Positions 1 through 8,400 of a DNA stretch of 64,000 nucleotides are shown one piece after another. Position 1 is the first letter of the stretch. The number at the start of each line of letters is the position of its first letter. This stretch comes from a virus (Duplodnaviria > Caudoviricetes). The DNA lies in IMG/VR virus record IMGVR_UViG_3300033070_001349, positions 64,001 through 128,000 of that record, one strand, 5' to 3'. Below the pieces are notes generated by a model. That model saw only the letters and a list, made by a program, of their open reading frames with translations. It ran no database searches and was not told where the DNA came from. Both the position numbers and the translations under genes were made by a program.

Positions 1-297
1 CGCGTCCTCTACCTCCAGGTCGAAGGCTCCCCGCAGTTTCAGGACTCGATCCCCTACGGCCACGAGAACCGCGTCCTCGTCCGGGTGACGATCGATAGCG
101 GTGTGGCCTGGTGGGGCGACCCCAGACACCCCGACCCGGCTGTCCACCTCTCGATCCATACCCCCTTCGGAGCCCTAGACGAGCTCCGCGGGACCTGGAG
201 GGTCGCCGAAGTCCGCGGCCCGGATCGCCTGACCCTCATCCTCCCCGCCATCACGGGCCTCACCGCGGGCCCCTGGCACCCTACGCCGTCCCTCTAG
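1..297 (+). CDS. 3' end of hypothetical protein (partial)
   Basis: Frame is open from base 1 to TAG at 295-297, with GC3-rich codons. Confidence 0.5.
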   Translation, partial: RVLYLQVEGSPQFQDSIPYGHENRVLVRVTIDSGVAWWGDPRHPDPAVHLSIHTPFGALDELRGTWRVAEVRGPDRLTLILPAITGLTAGPWHPTPSL

Positions 298-308
298 GAG
301 AACACCCT

Positions 309-1289
309 ATGCCTACGACCGTCACGCTCGCTCACCTCAAGGCCATCCACCTTCACCTCGCCGACCTCCTCGGTGAGACGGACACCTCGCGCGCCGAGGT
401 GATCGCTCAGGCGACCATCGGCGAAGCCCCCGTGTACCCGGACCTCACCGCGACCAACCTCGGCGTCGTCTCGGAGGGCCTCCGCGAGGCCTCCATCGCG
501 GTCGCCCCGCTCCGCCGCCAGGGCATCGTGGACCTCTTCCATCTCGTCCGCCAGGGGATGCCGATGTGCGCCCGCTGCGGTCGCTTCCGCGTCCAGCTCG
601 TGGGGACGGCTACGTGGGAGGCCGTCGAGGGCCCCGGGTGCCCTAAGGACGGAGGGCTCTTCGCGGTCGAGACGAGGGCCGAGATCATCGGGTGGCACAA
701 CGGCCGCTCCTACCCCGACGGAACGACCCACGACCCCGACGGCGTCCCCCTCACGGAGGAGGCCATCCGCGCCGACCGTACGGTCCACCCCACGGTGGAC
801 GCCGCGTGCGACGAGACCGGAGCCTCCCTGCGCGACGTGCTCACGACGCTTCGCTACGACGGGGCCAGCCCCGCCGGGGCGCTCCGCGCGATCGAGGTTC
901 CGAACGGCCACTGGCCGAGCACGCTCGCGCAGCGAACCTTCACGGCGAGAGCCAAGGGCTCGTTCCAGACGAGGGCCTCGACCCCGCGGAGCACGACCGT
1001 GGGGAACCCCGGGGGAGACGGCTTCGCTCCTCCGACCACCCTGAATCGTATGTCGGTGCGTCAGCTCATGGTCCGGCTCTACGACACCACCGCGAGGATC
1101 CGCGTCGTCGCGTCGGACCTGCACATGAACCTCGGTCGCATCGTCTTCGATGGCTCGGCCGAGACCGCGTGGGCCTCCGTGATCGACGAGGCCGAGAAGG
1201 CGGGCAAGCTCGCGGCGCTGGTCGAGTACGCCCACACCAACAACCCCGGCAACCGTGAGGCGGCGGCCATGGCCGCCCTCCTCCGATAG
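309..1289 (+). CDS. Protein with a CxxC motif and a C-terminal Effector-Associated Domain 1 (EAD1, ~1050-1286)
   Basis: AGGAG RBS before ATG 309. C-terminal VRQLMVRLY...LGRIVFDGSAETAWASVIDEAEKAGKLAALVEYAHTNNPGN matches the EAD1 pattern. Confidence 0.75.
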   Translation: MPTTVTLAHLKAIHLHLADLLGETDTSRAEVIAQATIGEAPVYPDLTATNLGVVSEGLREASIAVAPLRRQGIVDLFHLVRQGMPMCARCGRFRVQLVGTATWEAVEGPGCPKDGGLFAVETRAEIIGWHNGRSYPDGTTHDPDGVPLTEEAIRADRTVHPTVDAACDETGASLRDVLTTLRYDGASPAGALRAIEVPNGHWPSTLAQRTFTARAKGSFQTRASTPRSTTVGNPGGDGFAPPTTLNRMSVRQLMVRLYDTTARIRVVASDLHMNLGRIVFDGSAETAWASVIDEAEKAGKLAALVEYAHTNNPGNREAAAMAALLR

Positions 1290-1300
1290 GAGCGCCCGCC

Positions 1301-1468
1301 ATGAATCTCTCCCTCCCCGCCCTGGACCTCTCGGCCCCGCCGATCCGCTACACCCCCTCCGATTGCGCCGTCTTCTGTAAGACGCGCGAGAAGTTCGGCG
1401 GATGCTCCAACATGGCCGCGGGCTACTCCCTCAAGGTCAATGGCACCCCCATCCTGGTAGTGGAGTGA
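1301..1468 (+). pseudogene. 5' fragment of a NADAR (YbiA-like) gene, truncated at 1455 by the inserted cassette
   Basis: AGGAG RBS. Translates MNLSLPALDLSAPPIRYTPSDCAVFCKTREKFGGCSNMAAGYSLKVNGTPIL|VVE*. FxKTxExFGGxSNMAxGYxLxVNG is the NADAR N-terminus; the expected SEALYQA is replaced by the inverted repeat. Confidence 0.75.
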
Positions 1469-1475
1469 TTCGCCC
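1456..1475 (+). repeat. Left terminal inverted repeat GGTAGTGGAGTGATTCGCCC
   Basis: Matches the reverse complement of 4251-4270 with one mismatch. Confidence 0.9.
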
Positions 1476-1970
1476 TGGGGTGGCGTGGTCTGGCTCCGAC
1501 GCTGCGACGGTGGCGTGATTTGGACGCCCTCGGAGCAACTCACGCCACCTCGCGAAAAGCCTTCAATAAAGGCACTCGGCGCAAAGCGGCACTCGCAAAA
1601 TTCGTGGCCGATCGACTAGCGCGAGCTCGCCACGGCTCGCAGAACCGGCCCGCGTGACGACCGACCGAGAGAGCCCCGTGCCTCCGATGCCTCCGATGCC
1701 CCTGGTGCCCCTGGTGCGTTCGGCGCTCTTCGGCATCAGGTCGGCTCCCGCAGGGTGGCGGTCCGCCACCTCCTCGCCACCCGCCACCTACCCACCACCC
1801 CTCGCCATGGCGGACCGCCACCCTCAACACCTCAAAATGGCGTGAAATACGCATGGAACGCAGCGTGCTCTCAAGCACGCATCACTGCGCCGACCACGCG
1901 CACGGCGATAGATCGCAACGATGCAGCCCACGACGACTCGCCAGACCAGCCCCGGAGCTCCCGCAGCCCT

Positions 1971-2198
1971 CTACTTCTCGTCGTACGTGTCTTCGGCCGC
2001 GGCTCCGAGCACATGGACGAGGTATGCGTTGCGCGACCAGCGGCCCATCTTTTTGGCGTTGAGGCGTTCCACTTTCGCGTCGATCTTCGCCAACAGCTCC
2101 TTCGGCACGCGGAGGGTAAGGGCGACATCCTCGACATCAGCGGAAGGCTTCGGCGCAGAGGCGCCCTTCGTTCGCTTGGCGTTGGTCGATTTGCTCAT
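1971..2198 (-). CDS. Ribbon-helix-helix (Arc/CopG-like) transcriptional regulator
   Basis: VALTLRVPKELLAKID...SRNAYLVHVL RHH pattern; divergent from the MTase. Confidence 0.75.
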   Translation of the reverse strand: MSKSTNAKRTKGASAPKPSADVEDVALTLRVPKELLAKIDAKVERLNAKKMGRWSRNAYLVHVLGAAAEDTYDEK

Positions 2199-2364
2199 GG
2201 GCGCAGTGATACTAGCGTACTGCGCCGCTGCCATCATCCTGATTGCAGCGCGACATCAGATCCACGCCATCATTGTGATGGCATCGCGGTATCACCGTGA
2301 TATAGTCGCCGCCATCGACTGTGGTTTGCCGGAAATGCGGCAATGGCGAGCAGGAGACGATTCA

Positions 2365-3726
2365 ATGGGCGCGTCGAAGATGAAGAAACACAAGGCGACG
2401 GAATCGCGTGCTACCCGCTCTCGATGTGCGCGCACTGCCGCATCGGATAAGATCGTGGTGCATGCAGGCGAACGTGACGAAGCGATGAATGGCGAGGCAC
2501 CGTTCACTTTCGGGGACCTGTTCTCCGGCGCGGGAGGCATGAGTTTCGGCTTCAAGAGCCACCCCGCGTTTCGCCCGGTCTTCGCGGTCGATGCACAGGT
2601 CGGCAAGCCGAGCAGCGGGATGGGGGCGCTGGAGTGCAACGCCTCGTACGAGGCCAACGTTGGCCTCCCGGCGCGCGAGGCCGACCTCTCGGTCTACTCG
2701 CCCCAGCAGCTCATGCATGAGACGGGGATCAAGCGCGGCGAGCTCGACGTGCTGATCTCCTGCGCACCCTGCACGGGGTTCAGCCGAATGAACAGCCAGA
2801 ACCACGAGCGGGACGACCGGCGTAACGGTCTGGTCGAGCGGACGGGCGAGTTCGTGTCCGCGCTTCGCCCGGCGATCCTCGTCATGGAGAACTCTCGCGA
2901 ACTCATCAGCGGCAACTTCTCGCACCACTACGAGAGCCTGCGCGCCTCGCTGGAGACGATGGGCTACTCCGTGTCCGGGGAGGTACACATGCTCACAGAC
3001 TTCGGCTTGCCACAGGTACGTGAACGCGCCCTAGTCATCGCGACGAGGGACAGCGGGCGCATCCATACCCTGCGGGACCTCTGGGACAAGATGATGCCGT
3101 CCGCGGAGAGTGTCACGGTGCGCCGCGCCATCTCGCACCTCCCGCCGGTGGCCGCAGGTGAAGCGCACTCCAGCGATCCCCTCCATCGCTCGCCGGGATT
3201 CTCCGACCCCGTAAGCCTGGAGCGCATGCACGCGATCCCGCACGACGGCGGGTCATGGCTCGACCTGCTCAAACGGCCCGGTGGTGGGCGCCTGCTCACA
3301 CCCTCGATGGTGAAGCTCGTCGCGGCGCGCGACTTCGGTTCGCACCCCGACAAGTACGGGCGGCTGTGGTGGGATCGGCCGTGCGTGACGATCAAGCGTG
3401 AGTGCGCCCATGTCGGCAACGGCCGGTACGCCCACCCTGAGCAGGATCGGCTCTGCACCGTCCGTGAACTCGCGCTGTTGAGCGGGTTCCCCGCCGGATA
3501 CAAACTTCTCGGCACGCTGTCGAACCGTTACCGTCACATCGGCGACGCGGTCCCGCCGCTCATCAGTTTCCAACTCGCGCACGCCTGCCACTGGATGCTG
3601 ACCGGGAAGCGGCCCCGTCGCGGCGAGTGGTGCCTGGCAGGTACATCGCTGCGTCCGGAGGACATCATCGAGCGTCGCGAGGCTCAGATGGCGATGCCGT
3701 GGCGGGAGTTGCGGTCGGCAGTCTAG
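2365..3726 (+). CDS. DNA (cytosine-5)-methyltransferase
   Basis: Motif I DLFSGAGG, IV PCTGFS, VI MENS, VIII QVRER, IX TVRELALLSGFP, X IGDAVPP. AGGAG RBS before ATG 2365 (alternative start 2485). Confidence 0.93.
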   Translation: MGASKMKKHKATESRATRSRCARTAASDKIVVHAGERDEAMNGEAPFTFGDLFSGAGGMSFGFKSHPAFRPVFAVDAQVGKPSSGMGALECNASYEANVGLPAREADLSVYSPQQLMHETGIKRGELDVLISCAPCTGFSRMNSQNHERDDRRNGLVERTGEFVSALRPAILVMENSRELISGNFSHHYESLRASLETMGYSVSGEVHMLTDFGLPQVRERALVIATRDSGRIHTLRDLWDKMMPSAESVTVRRAISHLPPVAAGEAHSSDPLHRSPGFSDPVSLERMHAIPHDGGSWLDLLKRPGGGRLLTPSMVKLVAARDFGSHPDKYGRLWWDRPCVTIKRECAHVGNGRYAHPEQDRLCTVRELALLSGFPAGYKLLGTLSNRYRHIGDAVPPLISFQLAHACHWMLTGKRPRRGEWCLAGTSLRPEDIIERREAQMAMPWRELRSAV

Positions 3727-4019
3727 GAATCGCGCAAGAACTCCCAGGTCGCGATCACGGCGCAGTGGCTCTTGAGGAGGTGCTTGATCTGGAGCTTACG
3801 CTCGCCACCGCCGTCGAAGTACAACTCAAAGATCCGCCTGTCGCGATCGTCATAGACCCGGCAGTAGCCTGGGATCGCGGTCCTTTGCGAACTTTCGTGC
3901 ATCATCGTGAACACGCCGTTATTAGCGCGCATCAAGAGCGCCTTCGGTATCGCAACGGGGCGGTGGGGAGCGAAGCTCAACGAGCGGATGCCAGAAATGG
4001 TGAAGGCCCGAGCTGACAC
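3723..4019 (-). pseudogene. C-terminal remnant of a SmaI-like type II restriction endonuclease (similarity limited to ~3723-3956)
   Basis: VAIPKALL...PGYCRVYD...FELYFDGGGERKLQIKHL..HC.V.ATWEF resembles the R.SmaI C-terminus as recalled from memory; N-terminal part absent; convergent with the MTase. Confidence 0.65.
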
Positions 4020-4250
4020 TCGAGCCTTCGTGCCGACAGCGGATGCCGACGGGAGGAGGGCGGCGGCGCATTCTCGCGCGTGTTTCCGGCGGGACAGGCT
4101 ACGTCACGGCCGGACCCAAGGGGACGGGCGGTGTCGGTGTGCCGCGATGTGACGGGCGCGGTGCGCGCGAAATCAAATCACGCCACCCCGCGCGAAGCCC
4201 GACGGCGGTGGTATGAGTTGGTTTCCGTGCCAACGACGTGGCGTGATTAG

Positions 4251-4270
4251 GGGTGAATCACTCCACTACC
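4251..4270 (-). repeat. Right terminal inverted repeat (GGTAGTGGAGTGATTCACCC on - strand)
   Basis: gggtgaatcactccactacc on + strand. Confidence 0.9.
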
Positions 4271-5212
4271 CCCCTCAGGCGCCACCTTCGCATCGAGGCC
4301 GCGAGCCGTCGGATGGAGCTCGCGAGCCGTCAGGTCCCCCCGGTGGCGCCGGACCCGAACCTCGCGGACCAGGACTTCTCGGTCCGCCCCGAGGCCTTCC
4401 GTGCGGCCCGTAGCGCCAACATCGGGGCCGTGGGCCGACACGCCCTCCTCGCCCTCCACCTCCGCCCGGACGGGCTCGCGATCCACGCCCAGGGGCCCCT
4501 GGCGAGCGCGGGGGCCCTTGTCCCCGTCGACAACGAAGAGGCGGCCCTCCGGGAGTCCATCCTGACCCGAGCGACGGCCGCCCACCCCGAGGCCCTCGAC
4601 GCCATCCTCCGGCTCGCGGGCGGATGGGACCTCCACTGGCGCGAGGCGGGCCGGGAGCTCCTCGTGTGGCGCTCGCCTCACCACGTCGTGATCCTCCGGC
4701 CGCAACCGCCTGTCGGCGGGGACCCGAACCTCTACGCGGACCTCGAAACCCCGGCCCCCATCGCGACAGTCTCGCGGTGGGACCTGATCGAGGCCATGCG
4801 GTACCTCCAGGCCGTCCGGGGGTCGACCGTGGCCGCCCTCGGGGTGAACCTGGGCCTCCTCGCCGAAGGGATCGAGCTCGCCCACGAGTCGACGGAGGGC
4901 TTCGCCACCGCCACGATTCCCGACCGGGACAGGGACCCCAAGGCCCCTGCCCGGCTCGTGGTGGGAACGGTCGGAGAGCCCCTCCTCGCGTTCGCCGAGG
5001 CGAGCGAGGCCCCGGCGCTCCAGCTCCTCCTCGCCCCCCGCAAGAGCACGGTTCCGAGCCCCGAGGCGCTACCCCGGTCGCCCTCCGCCGCGGGAGTCCT
5101 CCTCGTGAAGTCAATGGCCGCGGAGGGAGGGCCGCCGCGGTCGTCGCACCTCCGCGTCGCCTCCCTGTACTGGATCGAGGGGCCGAAAAGAAAAACGACA
5201 CTAGGCCCTTGA
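4271..5212 (+). pseudogene. Sliding-clamp (DnaN beta-clamp)-like protein, 5' end replaced by the cassette
   Basis: TVSRWDLIEAMRYL...GVNLGLLAEGIELAHESTEGFATATIP...VGEPLLAFAEA follows the beta-clamp domain III pattern; the ORF's annotated start (GTG 4253) lies inside the right TIR. Confidence 0.45.
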
Positions 5213-5236
5213 CTCTTTCTGGCTATGCTCTAGATT
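5209..5236 (+). promoter_or_regulatory. Sigma70-type promoter TTGACT-N16-TAGATT
   Basis: Seen directly; member of a recurring family. Confidence 0.75.
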
Positions 5237-5280
5237 AGCGGTGTGGCCGGGAGAGACCCGGTCAAGAGGAGACCGCCACC

Positions 5281-6219
5281 ATGAGCACCTTCGCCGCCCA
5301 GACCGCCGCCGCCACCACCACCGTCCGTACCTGCTCGCACTGCGGCCTCGCCCTCACCGACCCGGTCTCGAAGTCGGTGGGCGTGGGCCCGATCTGCCGC
5401 GGCAAGGAAAACGCCGTGCTCGCGAAGGTGATGCCGCTCTTCGAGACGGGCGTCCAGAAGTACGGCCAGGAGCTCGTCCGCTCGTTCGTCGTCCTCCACC
5501 CCGAGACCCAGACCGAGCTCCTCCAGGTGGTCCGCACGGTCCTCGGTTCCGACCGCCCCCTCGACCTCCGCGACACCGTCCGCCGCCTCGACTGGGCCAC
5601 GTCGTTCCCCCAGCCCAAGACCGTCCGCGAGGCCCTCATCGGGCTCATCGCCGCCTGCGGCTACCCCGGCCTCGCGGCGATCGTCTCGGGCAAGGCCTCC
5701 ACCACCCCGGCGAAGGTGACCGCCGAGGGCGGCCGGATCGTCCTCGCGGGCTCCAAGAACGGCTACGCGGTCCAGGCAATGAAGGGCATCAAGGGCTGGA
5801 GCTTCTCCGGCTCCGCCAAGACCTGGAGCTTCCCCGCGGAGATGATCGCCGAGGTCAAGACCGTCATCGCGACCTTCTACCCGGTGACCGAGTGCGACCT
5901 CGACGCGGTGGGGGCCGAGGCCCTCGCCCAGGCCGCCACCCTCGCCCCCAAGGTCGTCACCCCGGCCCCCGCGGCGCCGAAGTCGGTCCCCCCGGTGGCC
6001 GCCAAGGTCTACGGCGTCTCCCTCACCGTCAACGCCAAGGGCGGCCTCGTGGTGCTCACCCCCTACCACCCCGGTTTCATCATGGACCTGAAGGATGCGG
6101 TCCCCTCCAAGGCGCGGACCCGGAACCACAAGGACAGCCCCAAGACCTGGACCGTGGACGCCGCCTACCGCTCGGTCGTCGAGGCCCTCCTCGCCAAGCA
6201 CTTCGGGTACGCGGCGTGA
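5281..6219 (+). CDS. DUF6011 zinc-finger protein with two HARP-like repeats
   Basis: CSHCGLALTDPVSKSVGVGPIC (DUF6011 signature); KGWSFSGSAKTWSFP and PYHPGFIMDLK...KTWTVD; GAGGAG RBS. Confidence 0.7.
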   Translation: MSTFAAQTAAATTTVRTCSHCGLALTDPVSKSVGVGPICRGKENAVLAKVMPLFETGVQKYGQELVRSFVVLHPETQTELLQVVRTVLGSDRPLDLRDTVRRLDWATSFPQPKTVREALIGLIAACGYPGLAAIVSGKASTTPAKVTAEGGRIVLAGSKNGYAVQAMKGIKGWSFSGSAKTWSFPAEMIAEVKTVIATFYPVTECDLDAVGAEALAQAATLAPKVVTPAPAAPKSVPPVAAKVYGVSLTVNAKGGLVVLTPYHPGFIMDLKDAVPSKARTRNHKDSPKTWTVDAAYRSVVEALLAKHFGYAA

Positions 6220-6608
6220 GCCGCGAGGACGAGGGCCCCCGGTTCGAGGCCTACACGGTCTTCTGCCGGGAGCCCGGGGGGTGCGGGGCCTACCACACCT
6301 ACACCGCCGCGACGGCGAAGGGGGTGAGCGCCCGCCACGGCTCCTACTCGGCGCGGATCGAGGCCCTCTACGAGCACGGGTGGTCGCAGAAGGCGGACTC
6401 CTCCCTCCGGTGCCCCGCCCACACCGCGCACGTCGAGGCGGTCGAGATGGAGGTCACGGTCGGCCGCGCCGAGCACACCGACCCGAAGGTGGACCTCCGC
6501 CTTGGCGACAGGGTCTTCTCCCTCGCCCTCCCGCGCGAGGTGACCGCCACCGTCCAGACCTGGAAGGGGCGGCGGGTGCGCGTGACGATCACGCCGCTCG
6601 ACCCCTGA
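6216..6608 (+). CDS. Hypothetical protein (Cys/His motif)
   Basis: GTGA overlap with upstream stop; GC3-rich. Confidence 0.6.
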   Translation: MSREDEGPRFEAYTVFCREPGGCGAYHTYTAATAKGVSARHGSYSARIEALYEHGWSQKADSSLRCPAHTAHVEAVEMEVTVGRAEHTDPKVDLRLGDRVFSLALPREVTATVQTWKGRRVRVTITPLDP

Positions 6609-6652
6609 AGACGGCTCTAGCCACGGCCGCCGTACCGCGGCATGGTAGGGCG

Positions 6653-7348
6653 ATGAACCCTACCAACGCGGGGCGGCGCGTCGTGGACGCCGTTGCCCTC
6701 CTCACGTCCGACGACCCCGAGGCCACGGCTGGGCGGGTGGACGTGGTCCTCAAGGCCTTCGAGATCGCCCCCGACACGTTCCGCCTCGGGGCCTCTCCCC
6801 ACCCGGACTCGAAGCGGGTCGACGCCATCCTCACCAAGCTGTTTCAGGACGGCACCCTCGACCGCCCTTCCGAGGGCCGCTACCGGCTAGGACCCGGCGA
6901 GCGGGCGCGCGCGGCGCGCGAAGCGGCCGAGGTCGGGAGCCATGTGACTCCGGCGCCCGAACCTGACGCCACTGAGCCCGTCACTGAGCCCGCCCTGACC
7001 GCCACTGAGCCCATCCCCGAGCTCGCCCCGGCGGTGGCCCCGCCGAGGACCCTGAGCGCCGCGGAGCGAACCCGCCTGGACCGCATGGTGGCCGCCAGGG
7101 CGCGCTTCGGGGCCCGCCACACCACCCGCATCGCGACCGCCGACGTGCGCGACTTCTGGGGGACCCCGTTCCCCTCTACAGCCCTTCTCGACGAGACCGA
7201 GACCCTCCTCGCGGTAGCCCGCGCCGCCGGGTACGACGCCTGGGAGCTCTCCCTCCTCGCGGTCCACGTCGGCGCCCTCCGGCGATACCTCCACCCGCAG
7301 ACCGCGGCGACCGTCGCCGTAGTTGACAACCCGACCGCCATCTACTAG
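6653..7348 (+). CDS. Hypothetical protein, possible N-terminal winged helix
   Basis: AFEIAPDTFRLG..HPDSKRV...GTLDRPSEGRYRL. Confidence 0.55.
   Translation: MNPTNAGRRVVDAVALLTSDDPEATAGRVDVVLKAFEIAPDTFRLGASPHPDSKRVDAILTKLFQDGTLDRPSEGRYRLGPGERARAAREAAEVGSHVTPAPEPDATEPVTEPALTATEPIPELAPAVAPPRTLSAAERTRLDRMVAARARFGARHTTRIATADVRDFWGTPFPSTALLDETETLLAVARAAGYDAWELSLLAVHVGALRRYLHPQTAATVAVVDNPTAIY
6936..6951. promoter_or_regulatory. 16-bp quasi-palindrome copy 1 GGAGCCATGTGACTCC
   Basis: One of 10 dispersed copies. Confidence 0.7.
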
Positions 7349-7351
7349 GTT
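7323..7351 (+). promoter_or_regulatory. Promoter TTGACA-N17-TAGGTT
   Basis: Seen directly. Confidence 0.65.
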
Positions 7352-7410
7352 GCGAGGGCGATCGGCGGTGAATGAGCCGCCACACACCTCGCACCCGGAG
7401 CACAACCACC

Positions 7411-7911
7411 ATGCACACCGCCGAGCAACCCGCGACCGACTCCGCCAACGCGGCCGACCCCGTCGAGGTCCTCCAGACCGACCCGATGCCCGTCGACCCC
7501 GGGCCCATGCCCGAGCCGCCGCCCGAGCCTTCGACCCACCCGCGCACCCTCCGGCGCGCGCGCCGCGTCTCCCTCCAGACCGACCTCGCGGCGGTCATCC
7601 GCAAGGCCCTGCGCGCCGCGGGCATCCCGGCGACCCTCGACGCGATGGAGGACGTGGCCGTGGTCCTCGTCCGGCTCGGGACGGGCGTGGCGATGGACGC
7701 GGGCTTCCCCCCGGCCCGCGTGGGCGAGCTCATCAACGAGGGGGTCAACAAGGAGCTCAACCGCACGGGCGGCAACGGCGCTGTGAGCACGAAGCCCGTC
7801 TCCTACGAGGCCCCCCTCGCCGGGGCGTGGGACGAGCCCCAGGCGCCCGCCGAGAAGGTCGACCCGTCGCCCGCGACGCCCGACGACGCGGCCCCGACCC
7901 CCTCCTTCTGA
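7411..7911 (+). CDS. Hypothetical protein
   Basis: GGAG RBS, GC3-rich ORF. Confidence 0.6.
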   Translation: MHTAEQPATDSANAADPVEVLQTDPMPVDPGPMPEPPPEPSTHPRTLRRARRVSLQTDLAAVIRKALRAAGIPATLDAMEDVAVVLVRLGTGVAMDAGFPPARVGELINEGVNKELNRTGGNGAVSTKPVSYEAPLAGAWDEPQAPAEKVDPSPATPDDAAPTPSF

Positions 7912-7953
7912 ACCCCTCCCCCCGCGCCGCGAGCCCGTGGTAGACCCCGGGCC

Positions 7954-8154
7954 ATGAGCGCCCCCCGCACCCTCCTCGACACGAAGCTCCACCCGCTCCT
8001 TCCGCCCCGCGGGACCCAGGAGATGGCCCAGGCCTACCTCGACGCTCTGGCCGAGGACAACTGGCGATTTCTCTACATCACCCCCACGGGCCTCGCCTTC
8101 TTCCAAGAGACGGAGCCGCACGCCCCCCACGGCCCGAAAGTTGACGGCGGCTAA
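7954..8154 (+). CDS. Hypothetical protein
   Basis: Short GC3-rich ORF in gene run. Confidence 0.55.
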   Translation: MSAPRTLLDTKLHPLLPPRGTQEMAQAYLDALAEDNWRFLYITPTGLAFFQETEPHAPHGPKVDGG

Positions 8155-8168
8155 TCATGTGCTAGATT
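8141..8168 (+). promoter_or_regulatory. Promoter TTGACG-N16-TAGATT, leaderless to ATG 8176
   Basis: Seen directly. Confidence 0.7.
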
Positions 8169-8175
8169 GCCCGCC

Positions 8176-8400
8176 ATGAACCACGCACCTACGATGGATG
8201 AGGTCACACGTCGAGTTCGAGAGGCCCTCGCGCCGTTCGAGGGGAAGGACCCTCCGCGCGCGGTCGTGGCTTCCGAGGTCGCGGGGGCCCCGAACGACCT
8301 CTGGCCCAAGACCCCGCCGATAGCGTGCGAAGTCACGGCGGACCCTGAGGACCCCGCGCGAATCCCCCTCCACCTCTCGCGGCCCCGGACGGCGGCGTGA
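8176..8400 (+). CDS. Hypothetical protein
   Basis: ATG 7 nt after -10 box. Confidence 0.55.
   Translation: MNHAPTMDEVTRRVREALAPFEGKDPPRAVVASEVAGAPNDLWPKTPPIACEVTADPEDPARIPLHLSRPRTAA

Larger units (their letters stand above)
1456..4270. mobile_element. Non-autonomous TIR-bounded cassette (IS1-like GGnnnTG ends) carrying an RHH regulator, C5-MTase and REase remnant
   Basis: 20-bp terminal inverted repeats (19/20 identical), truncated genes at both flanks, visibly lower GC and different codon style, no transposase found. Confidence 0.75.

Noticed and set aside
1678-1718. 9-bp tandem repeats (TGCCTCCGA / TGCCCCTGG)
   Set aside because: Short low-complexity repeat with no supportable function
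1921-2364. N-terminal extension of the 601-aa methyltransferase ORF
   Set aside because: Overlaps the RHH gene antisense; RBS and motif I support a start at 2365 or 2485
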